From contig JAEHCO010000001.1 of NCBI GenBank assembly GCA_020697715.1, forward strand, positions 2,222 through 66,221: a stretch of 64,000 bases of DNA, given 5' to 3'. The notes under the pieces were generated by a model that saw only the letters and a program-made list of their open reading frames with translations, was not told the DNA's origin and made no database searches. Below are positions 40,047 to 47,624 of this stretch, in pieces (the stretch's first letter is position 1; the number at the start of each line of letters is the position of its first letter). The DNA is from Methanobacteriota archaeon (GTDB lineage: Archaea; Thermoplasmatota; Thermoplasmata; SG8-5; JAGLSY01). Made by a program: the position numbers and the translations under genes.

Positions 40047-40493
40047 TTCATTATAAATGCACAAGAGCTCCGAGCAGGCCAATGGGGGTAGGGATTGGCC
40101 AGTGGAGGAGCTGGGTGGGGGGCCGACCCATAGGATGGGGTGGGCAATATTGCAATGTATCAGCAAGGCATCTTATATTCGAACATGCCCCGGGGCGAGT
40201 GTATTTTGTGTTAAATGCACAAAATAATAGTTCGAGAAGCAAAGCGATTCGAACTATGACGCAGACCCGGGGTACTATATTCTATATCTCAGTGAGTGAC
40301 AGTTGCGATGTGCCAGCAAAAAAATATCCTCCTCGCTCTCTCAATGCGAGGAGTCAAATAGAGCCCCGCCAGGAGTTCAACGATGGGCGGGGGCCTTATC
40401 CACACCCAGCTTAGCAAACTTATATCTCTGCAAGGGTGGGCATATTCAATGAATATTCATGGTGGGGGCGGTAAGCGGGCTAAATACCCGAAC
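40047..40493. ncRNA. Candidate structured non-coding RNA region (identity and strand unresolved)
   Basis: No protein-like ORF; G-rich and locally GC-enriched; several perfect hairpins (GGCCAAT-N10-ATTGGCC at 40077-40100, AGTTCGA-N13-TCGAACT, CTCCTCGC-N9-GCGAGGAG, GCCCCGCC…GGCGGGGGC). Confidence 0.3.
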
Positions 40494-41552
40494 CTAGAAA
40501 GCGTTGATAATCGTGTCCAGATCTTCCTTCGTCAATCCCGGATGCACCGGCAGGCTCAGCACCTCTTCCGCGGCCTTATCCGAGTTATCCAAGCCTTTGC
40601 TTCCATAATCAGATAGCAGGTCGAACTTGTGCAGGGATTTGGGGTAATACACACCTGATCCGACACCATTGTCCCTGAGCTTCTGGATGACATTGTCCCT
40701 ATCCTGCACTCTTATCGTGTACTGGTGGAAAACATGGCGGTAGCCATCTGGTACGTATGGAGTGACGATGCCTTTTGCTTTCAATCCTTCTGTTAAGTAA
40801 GCGGCATTTGCGATCCTGGCCTTGGTCATTTCTTCAAGTTTGGCAAGCTGGACAACGCCGATGGAGGCCGCGATGTCGGTCATTCTGAAATTGTATCCCA
40901 GGAATTCGTACACATAGCGGTCGGCCATGCCGTGGTTCCTGAACTTCTTGGCCAGGTCGTTTATCTCATCATCATTTGTCGTGATGATGCCGCCCTCGCC
41001 GGTTGTCATGTTCTTTGTTGGATAGAAGCTGAAACTGGCTGCATCTCCCATGGAGCCAGTGGTCTTCCCGTTCATGGCAGCTCCGTGAGCCTGGCATGAG
41101 TCTTCGAGAATCTTTAGACCATGCTGAACACCGAGCTTGTTTATCTTCTCCATGTCAGCTGACAGTCCGAAAATATGGACTGGCATGATGGCCTTTGTTC
41201 TTGGAGTTATCTTCTCAGCTATTGAATCAGGAGAGATATTGAAGGTCTTTGGATCTATATCCGCGAAGACCGGGGTCGCTCCCGTGAATAAGATGGATGT
41301 CGCACTGGCCACGAAGCTGAAAGGAGTTGTTATGACCTCATCGCCCTTGCCGATGCCCATTGATAATAGGGCGAGGTGAAGGGCCTGGGTTCCGTTTCCC
41401 ACCGCGATGCCGTGTTTCGCTCCGCAGTACTCGGCGAATTTTTCTTCCAATTCGGCGACTTTCTTTCCCTGAGCCAGCATACCGGATTGCATAACGGCTT
41501 TCACTGCCTCGAACTCGTCATCCCCTATCTGGGGGCTTGCTACGTTTATCAT
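40494..41552 (-). CDS. DegT/DnrJ/EryC1/StrS-family PLP-dependent sugar aminotransferase (WbpE-like)
   Basis: 352 aa; PLP-lysine region and family motifs (MPVHIFG, SFSFYPTKNMTTGEGG). Confidence 0.85.
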   Translation of the reverse strand: MINVASPQIGDDEFEAVKAVMQSGMLAQGKKVAELEEKFAEYCGAKHGIAVGNGTQALHLALLSMGIGKGDEVITTPFSFVASATSILFTGATPVFADIDPKTFNISPDSIAEKITPRTKAIMPVHIFGLSADMEKINKLGVQHGLKILEDSCQAHGAAMNGKTTGSMGDAASFSFYPTKNMTTGEGGIITTNDDEINDLAKKFRNHGMADRYVYEFLGYNFRMTDIAASIGVVQLAKLEEMTKARIANAAYLTEGLKAKGIVTPYVPDGYRHVFHQYTIRVQDRDNVIQKLRDNGVGSGVYYPKSLHKFDLLSDYGSKGLDNSDKAAEEVLSLPVHPGLTKEDLDTIINAF

Positions 41553-41553
41553 A

Positions 41554-42183
41554 TTACAATCTCCTGTGATCTTTTGGTGTTTCGCCTATTTGTCTAGCTG
41601 GCACACCTGCCATGATGGCGAAGTCCGGTACATCCTTCGTAACTACCGCGCCAGCTCCAATAACCGTATCCCTGCCGATCTTCACTCCTGGCAGGATCGT
41701 CGTATTGGCTCCTATCCTGGCATGGTCACCGACTCTCGCTCCTATCAAATTGATATCACCGCGACCCATGTACTTGTCATTCGTGAAGCACGCGCGTGGT
41801 CCGATAAAGACATCGTCGCCGATTATCGTGTTCGTTGGAATGTAAACACCTGTCTGGATGGATGTGCGATTCCCGATCTTGCACTGGTCCTCGATGACCG
41901 TGCTGGTACCGATTATAACCTGGTCGCCGATCTCTGTTTCTTCCCTTATGAGAGCGTGATGGCCAGTCTGGCATCTATCACCCATTTTCACATCCGTGTA
42001 GATGATCGTGTAATCCCTTATAACGCAGTTCTCTCCAAGTATCGAGCCGCGGGTCTCATTCTCGCGACCAGATATCATCAGTTCTTTGTCATGCTTTCCT
42101 GGATGGCCGATAACAGCAGTTTCTGCCACATATGTTCCATCACCTAGCTTGGTATCTCCAAGTATCCTTCCCATATTCATCAC
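41554..42183 (-). CDS. Hexapeptide-repeat sugar N-acetyltransferase (WbpD/PglD-like)
   Basis: 209 aa; left-handed beta-helix hexapeptide repeats across most of the protein; 1-nt gap and 4-nt overlap with neighbours. Confidence 0.8.
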   Translation of the reverse strand: MMNMGRILGDTKLGDGTYVAETAVIGHPGKHDKELMISGRENETRGSILGENCVIRDYTIIYTDVKMGDRCQTGHHALIREETEIGDQVIIGTSTVIEDQCKIGNRTSIQTGVYIPTNTIIGDDVFIGPRACFTNDKYMGRGDINLIGARVGDHARIGANTTILPGVKIGRDTVIGAGAVVTKDVPDFAIMAGVPARQIGETPKDHRRL

Positions 42184-43187
42184 TCCAGATCAATTTTCCT
42201 TCCAGTTTTAACGGATTCTATCGCGGCCTGGCAGACCTTGATCGTCTCCAGACCATCCTCACCGGATACGAGCGGTTCTCTCTTGTCCCGAATTGCTTCG
42301 AGGAAATCCACCAGTTCGTTCATGAGAGGTTCTTTCTTTCTTAGTGAAATGTCACGTATATCGAATTCAAGTGGGATATGCGACATATCTGAATTATCAA
42401 AAGCACGTACCTGGGAGGATGATATCCTCGCACTCTGAGTGATATAATCAAGCTCAACAAAGTTCTTCATGCACGTGAGCGAGAGCTTGCGCACTTTCAT
42501 GGGTGTCAACCAATTTATCTCGATGAAGCCAGTTGTACCGTTTTCGAAGTCAAGAAGTATGTTCGCATGATCCTCGAAAACATCATTGGCCTGCTTTCCA
42601 CCAAGTGCATAGACGCTCTTGATCGGGCTGCCGATGAGATAGCGGAGAGCATCGATATCATGAACACCCAGATCCATTACCACTCCCACATCCCGTATCC
42701 TTGCCGGGAAGGAACTAACGCGCCTGGCGGTGATAGTTACCACATCACCGAACTTCTTGGAAGCTATGGCTTCCTTGCCGAACTTCACCACTGGATTATG
42801 CCTCTCGATAAGACCGACCGCGAGGGTGAGGTTCGCATCCCTTGCCGCATTGATCAATGTCTGGGATTCCTCAATAGTGGAGCAGATGGGCTTCTCGATA
42901 AGCACATGCTTTCCAGCCGCGATCGCATCCATCGCGATCTGAAAATGCGTAACTGTCGGAGTCGCTATTGACACCGCTTCGATGTCAGAGGCAAGAAGTT
43001 CATGATAATCCTCATATGCCTTTGCTCCGAACTTTTCCGCAAGCTCACCGGCTGTCTTGAAATCCACATCGGATATTGCATCCAGAACACCAATATCTGA
43101 ATATACCCGGGCGTGGTTTCGACCCATTGAGCCAACACCTATAACTCCTACACTTATCTTACCTTCAAAGCTAGTCATCGCGAGCAC
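42180..43187 (-). CDS. Gfo/Idh/MocA-family NAD-dependent sugar oxidoreductase (WbpB-like)
   Basis: 335 aa; N-terminal Rossmann motif VGVIGVGSMGRNHARVY and EKP motif (LIEKPI). Confidence 0.85.
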   Translation of the reverse strand: MLAMTSFEGKISVGVIGVGSMGRNHARVYSDIGVLDAISDVDFKTAGELAEKFGAKAYEDYHELLASDIEAVSIATPTVTHFQIAMDAIAAGKHVLIEKPICSTIEESQTLINAARDANLTLAVGLIERHNPVVKFGKEAIASKKFGDVVTITARRVSSFPARIRDVGVVMDLGVHDIDALRYLIGSPIKSVYALGGKQANDVFEDHANILLDFENGTTGFIEINWLTPMKVRKLSLTCMKNFVELDYITQSARISSSQVRAFDNSDMSHIPLEFDIRDISLRKKEPLMNELVDFLEAIRDKREPLVSGEDGLETIKVCQAAIESVKTGRKIDLE

Positions 43188-43337
43188 CTAAGATACAATA
43201 GATATAAAGTTTTACCTTTTATGACATAAGATGATAAATGAATAAAAATTATAAGTGGGCTGAGGCGGATCGAGAAAAATACGAAGCTTTTTTCGACATA
43301 GCCTCGGTTCACGATTAAAATCAAAAAGAAAACAAAG

Positions 43338-43479
43338 TGGGCCGAGGCGGATTTGAACCGCCGATCTTCGCCTTGCTGATTGCATGTCAGAAATTTCTGG
43401 CATGCAACTGTAAGGGCGACGTCAGATGGAGTGAAATGTAAGCGAACTTGCCATTTCAAAACCCCTAGACCACCGGCCC
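43338..43479 (-). tRNA. tRNA-Val (anticodon UAC) with two introns: about 34 nt in the D-loop and 35 nt at canonical 37/38
   Basis: Gene-strand 5' GGGCCGGTGGTCTAG…TGACGTCGCC-CTTACA-[GTTGCATGCCAGAAATTTCTGACATGCAATCAGCA]-AGGCGAAGATCGGCGGTTCAAATCCGCCTCGGCCC-A; exons give a canonical 73-nt tRNA; exact D-loop intron boundaries not resolved. Confidence 0.6.
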
Positions 43480-43591
43480 GCGGTATTTCGGGGATTGGCG
43501 AAGTGGTATTTATTTCTGTGGTTTGATATGGTTTTTGTCAAAACCTTTAAAATGATGGTGGATATCACCTTAACATCCACAGCAAGAGTAT

Positions 43592-43724
43592 GCGAGGGTA
43601 GCTAAGCATGGTCAAATTGACCTGCAACCACTGACGAATCAACAGCGTTTGCAATCAAGGCTAACGGCGATAGACTCAAGATCTATTCCTTAGTGGTTCG
43701 CCGGTTCAAATCCGGTCCCTCGCA
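43592..43724 (+). tRNA. tRNA-Leu (anticodon CAA, type II) with about 48-nt non-canonical intron in the D-loop (about 43617-43664)
   Basis: GCGAGGG/CCCTCGC acceptor stem, D-loop AGCATGGTCAAA, intact anticodon arm ATAGA-CTCAAGA-TCTAT, 13-nt variable arm, T-arm GCCGG-TTCAAAT-CCGGT, discriminator A; 6-bp helix GGTCAA/TTGACC spans the exon-intron junction. Confidence 0.6.
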
Positions 43725-43876
43725 CCTTTTTATTTTTTGAGATAGCAGACTGTATTTTACACATACCCAGCAAGAATATGAAGCGAACGAGCAGGGTCAC
43801 CCGAGTTTTCTTTTGCAATGGAATACTTGTTCTTTTGGAGGGTGACCCAGCACAGTGAGCGTAAAAGAAAAGGCTT

Positions 43877-43900
43877 CCGTTTGAATCCGGTCCCTCGCAC
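43877..43900 (+). repeat. Direct repeat of the tRNA-Leu 3' end (20 of 20 nt identical: AATCCGGTCCCTCGCACCTT), att-like remnant
   Basis: Second copy 173 bp downstream of the tRNA; T-arm upstream of the repeat is degenerate, so not a functional tRNA. Confidence 0.5.
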
Positions 43901-43901
43901 C

Positions 43902-44612
43902 TTATTTTACCATATTTTGTATCATCTCAACAAGCCTATCGATGATGACCTCATTGGCTTTTTCTCCGAATTCCTTCGATGCAAGCTGGGGATCTCCCAT
44001 GACACCAGTTGGGAAGTATTTTTCAGGGTGCTTGAGTATCATAAAAGGTGGGAAATTTGGATGATTGGATTCGGCAGTTCCCTTTACCAGATCAGGGCGT
44101 ATGGCCATCACCCGCGAGGTCTCGATCATGCCCGCATGCCCGTCATTGACAGGTATCTCGATCTCGTTCATCGTGTACGCGATATCATAATCCGAAAGTA
44201 CCATCAGATTAATGTCCTCATCATGGGCTTCCAGAACAGTCTCACCTGCAAGCTTCAGCGCGGTCATGTGAGTTCGTCCAGCATGACCGGATAGGACCAC
44301 GATATTCCTGAATCCCATCCTGATCAACTCGGACAGGATGTCCTCCATCATCATCCGCAGAGTTTCGAATCTGAGTGTTATGGTTCCCGGGAAGTTCTTG
44401 GTGCTCGAACACTGTCCGTATTTCAAAATAGGTAACAGATAGGCTCCCAATCGCTCTGAAACTACTTCCGCAACATATTGGGGTTGCAAACAATCGGTGG
44501 ACAGGGGAAGATGTGGCCCATGCTCCTCTATCGCACCCAGTGGTAATATCGCGATAGAGCTCTCATTCACTTTTTCCCTTATCTCTTCAGTGGTCATTTC
44601 CTCCAATAACAT
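43902..44612 (-). CDS. Creatininase-family amidohydrolase (possibly ArfB-like formamide hydrolase)
   Basis: 236 aa; creatininase signature ILPLGAIEEHGPHLPLSTD and metal-binding His/Glu/Asp pattern. Confidence 0.8.
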   Translation of the reverse strand: MLLEEMTTEEIREKVNESSIAILPLGAIEEHGPHLPLSTDCLQPQYVAEVVSERLGAYLLPILKYGQCSSTKNFPGTITLRFETLRMMMEDILSELIRMGFRNIVVLSGHAGRTHMTALKLAGETVLEAHDEDINLMVLSDYDIAYTMNEIEIPVNDGHAGMIETSRVMAIRPDLVKGTAESNHPNFPPFMILKHPEKYFPTGVMGDPQLASKEFGEKANEVIIDRLVEMIQNMVK

Positions 44613-44631
44613 GTTATCCCTCTTTACTAGT

Positions 44632-44701
44632 TCATGATTTTGTCCATGATTATTTCATGATTTTCTCATATTCATTCATGATCGCTCATAGTCACTCATG
44701 A
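44632..44701. promoter_or_regulatory. Helically phased array of seven (T)CATGA(T) palindromic hexamers, spacing 9-13 bp
   Basis: TCATGA-like sites at 44632, 44645, 44655, 44666, 44676, 44687, 44696; starts 20 bp upstream of the creatininase-family start codon, in the divergent intergenic region. Confidence 0.4.
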
Positions 44702-44915
44702 TATACAAATGAAATCTTATAATTAACCTAAGGTAATCTTTATTATCAGTTAATCCATTATTGATTGTATAAATGGCACATAGGAGGCCTATTAGATAAC
44801 TCCAGCAAATCCGTCAGCAGAAGCCTCAATAGTCTTTGAGCGACTTTTCTCAGATTATCTTCAGACCCTTTCAAAGAGCGGAAGCATTAATCTTCACATC
44901 AAGAAGCTTCAGAAG

Positions 44916-46472
44916 ATGGCTGAGACACTCACCATACTGAAAGGCGTCAGTATAAATGATGACGGCCAGGTATCCATGGATCTCAGAGAATGGAGCATTG
45001 AGGATATCGTATCCACCATGAGCAAGGTGTTCGATTCGCTGATCGCGGTCTCCGCTATCACCAAAGGTGATGAAAAGGCCTACCTGGAAGCGGATGATTC
45101 CGTAATGAGGATAAAAAATCAATTCAAGTCCCAATTTGTCTCACTTGGCATAGAGAAGCATATCCTGAAGGGAGGTTTGAGATCCCATCTGGACGTGGGA
45201 ATTGAAGGAGCGGATAAGGTATTGGGGGGAGGGATCCCCAAAGGCAATACCATATTATTGCTCGGACCACCTGGAAGTGAGAAATACTTATTCGCATACC
45301 AATATATAATCCAGGGACTGAGGGATGGAAGTGCATGTCTTATCAGCACATCGGTCACTGACCATAAAGGAATGAAGAACAATCTTTCAAAGTTGAAGAT
45401 CAAGCCATCCACATTCGAGGGCCAGGGATTATTGAAGACCATCGACTGGTATTCTTATAAGAAAGAAAATCTGGTGGGTGTGGAGGATGATGGAAATGTT
45501 TTCAGAGCGTCCAAGGACATAACCAATCTTGATATCGCGATAGGATCGGCTGTCAACAAGCTCTCCTTTGCCCCGACAAAAAGAGCGATGCTGGATATAA
45601 TATCACCAGCACTCAATATCTATGATCATTCCATGGTCATAGAGTTCGTTCAAAAGGAGAAGAACCTATTGAAGACTAAGGGCTTCACGACACTTCTGGT
45701 GGTTGAGAGCGGAGCTCATGATGAAAGAACATTGTCCACTCTTAAACATCTTTCAGACGGTGTGTTGATTATCGAGAAAGGCAGCAAAGGCCAGCTTACA
45801 TTCAAAGTAGAAGCTTTATCTGGCATGAAGTTCGACCAGAAGGCCCATCGCATCAAGGTGACCAAGAAAGGTCTGGAGATCATTTCCAATGTGAAGGATG
45901 AAAGCTCCATATTACAGGATCTGCAAGAAATACCAGCGATTGACAAAATAACAGCAGAAAAACTTATCGAGGCTGGCTTCACCAGCATGGAAAAATTGGA
46001 AAAGGCGAAGAAGTCGGAACTGGAAAGTGTTACAGGCATTGATGCGAATGTGTCCAATAAGATCTACGAATACATACATTCTGTAGAATATTCAAAGAAG
46101 ATAATAGAGAGAAAGAGCCAGAACTGGGTAAGGAAAGGATTGCAATTCATTGGTAAAAAAGAGATAGACAAGGGAATGCAAAGTTTCCAGAGGGCGATAG
46201 AGATCCACCCCAAGAACTCAAGTGCGTGGCTGGAGATGGCCAGGCTTCTTTACAATGAAGGTAGCAAAGATGATTCCAGAAAATGCTTTGACAAAGCTTT
46301 GGAGATCGATCCCACATTGGCAAAAGAATGGTTCGATAAGACCGAGGTACAGGAAGCTGGATGGGGCTGTCCCGTATGTGGGTTCTACATAAAGGAAGAA
46401 AATATCGAATGCCCTGAATGTGGTGTCATATTCAGTGTTGAAGAAAGAGAGAGCCAGAGGGATCAAATATGA
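44916..46472 (+). CDS. KaiC/RecA-like domain protein fused to helix-hairpin-helix, TPR and C-terminal zinc ribbon
   Basis: 518 aa; KaiC-like core (GIEGADKVLGGGIPKGNTILLLGPPGSEKY) with atypical P-loop lacking GK[ST]; HhH (IPAIDKITAEKLIEAGF…VTGIDANVSNKI); TPR-like pair; CPVCG…CPECG; start uncertain. Confidence 0.65.
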   Translation: MAETLTILKGVSINDDGQVSMDLREWSIEDIVSTMSKVFDSLIAVSAITKGDEKAYLEADDSVMRIKNQFKSQFVSLGIEKHILKGGLRSHLDVGIEGADKVLGGGIPKGNTILLLGPPGSEKYLFAYQYIIQGLRDGSACLISTSVTDHKGMKNNLSKLKIKPSTFEGQGLLKTIDWYSYKKENLVGVEDDGNVFRASKDITNLDIAIGSAVNKLSFAPTKRAMLDIISPALNIYDHSMVIEFVQKEKNLLKTKGFTTLLVVESGAHDERTLSTLKHLSDGVLIIEKGSKGQLTFKVEALSGMKFDQKAHRIKVTKKGLEIISNVKDESSILQDLQEIPAIDKITAEKLIEAGFTSMEKLEKAKKSELESVTGIDANVSNKIYEYIHSVEYSKKIIERKSQNWVRKGLQFIGKKEIDKGMQSFQRAIEIHPKNSSAWLEMARLLYNEGSKDDSRKCFDKALEIDPTLAKEWFDKTEVQEAGWGCPVCGFYIKEENIECPECGVIFSVEERESQRDQI

Positions 46473-47413
46473 GCTTGGGCAAGAAGGCCTTCGCCTCGGC
46501 TCCCTGTAGCTTGACATTATTGGGATATGACCTACACGATCATATTGGAACCTCTGTGGGGATCGCACTGGATAAGCGAATAAAATGTGAGACCATGATA
46601 TCGGAAAGCTTCATGGTCAATAACGATGTCTATGATGGGAACAAATATCCTTATGTTAGGGCGGCTCTGCTTCATGGATGGAGCGATATTGACACCCCTG
46701 TCTCATTCGAGATAGATGATATTACGATCCCAGATAATGTCAGTGGCTATGGACCTGGACATATCGCCTCCACCCTGGGTTCCCTGTCAATGATGAACGA
46801 CAATCTGATGTTCGAGGATATCTTATTGAAAGGCCATGAGATATTGAAGGAGAATGATAGCAAGATGGGGGTATTGGGACTATCCACCGCTATCAATGGA
46901 TATGGCACTGTATTATCCAATGAGATCGGCAAAGGCCACTTATGGAGTGTGGGAAAGGGGAAGAAAGCGAGGCACATCCATCATCTCGACATGCCGGATA
47001 TGACATTCGTTCTCGCATTTCAGAAGGGTGGATCTGGGAAAGAGGATTTCTCTGGAAAGTTCAATAATTTCGCCAGGCGTCAGAGTGGCTTCTTCAAAGA
47101 CATGCTGAAGGATTCGGCAAAGCTGGCTAAAAAAGGTCTTCAGGCTTTGGAGCGTGGGGATATGGAAGGGCTTGGCCAGGCCATGAACGAGACCGACAAG
47201 TTGACGAAGACGATGGGCATGTACACGCCAGAACTGAAAGTCGTGGCCGACCTGTGCAGGAGCCAGGCATTTGGAGCGAGGCTTTGCATATCGGAGAAAC
47301 ATGCGTATGTGGTGACTTTGACCAATGAGCCGGAAGAATTGGCCAGCAATATCCGGGAAAAGGGACATATCGCGATGGTCGCTGGCATATCCCGCGATGG
47401 ATTGCAGATATAA
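46469..47413 (+). CDS. GHMP-kinase-like protein (divergent; function unassigned)
   Basis: 314 aa; weak GHMP-type motifs (APCSLTLLGYDLHDH…, Gly/Ser-rich loop PGHIASTLGS, C-terminal GARLCISEKHAYVVTL); 4-nt overlap with upstream gene. Confidence 0.4.
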   Translation: MSLGKKAFASAPCSLTLLGYDLHDHIGTSVGIALDKRIKCETMISESFMVNNDVYDGNKYPYVRAALLHGWSDIDTPVSFEIDDITIPDNVSGYGPGHIASTLGSLSMMNDNLMFEDILLKGHEILKENDSKMGVLGLSTAINGYGTVLSNEIGKGHLWSVGKGKKARHIHHLDMPDMTFVLAFQKGGSGKEDFSGKFNNFARRQSGFFKDMLKDSAKLAKKGLQALERGDMEGLGQAMNETDKLTKTMGMYTPELKVVADLCRSQAFGARLCISEKHAYVVTLTNEPEELASNIREKGHIAMVAGISRDGLQI

Positions 47414-47502
47414 ACAAACACTCTAAAGGGTTGATAAATTTAGTCGTGTTAGTTTTTCTAATCGCTAGTAATACATTGAATTTAGGCGATTAGAAAGAAC
47501 CT

Positions 47503-47600
47503 AGTCGGTTGCCGTAAGCCCATCTATGAAAATTTAGCTTAACTCGAAGCCATATAAGCTTCGAGAAATCGGGTTTTATGGCCTTGGATGAGAACATTCA
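47503..47600. other. Conserved intergenic element, copy 1 (17-mer AGTCGGTTGCCGTAAGC plus 8-bp-stem hairpin), candidate sRNA or terminator
   Basis: 17-mer at 47503-47519 identical to 52015-52031; hairpin CTCGAAGC-CATATAA-GCTTCGAG at 47543-47565; shared downstream TTATGGCC; between convergent genes. Confidence 0.3.
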
Positions 47601-47624
47601 GGCACTTTTTGGGCATGATAGTTC

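Noticed and set aside
40082-40414. 110-aa plus-strand ORF in the GC-rich intergenic interval
   Set aside because: The translation is Gly/Arg/Pro-rich with no domain-like pattern and no plausible start context; the interval is better explained as structured non-coding DNA or RNA.
43188-43900. Integrated mobile element at the tRNA cluster
   Set aside because: Only a 20-nt tRNA 3'-end direct repeat is present; no integrase, transposase or cargo genes lie between or beside the repeats, so at most a remnant can be claimed.
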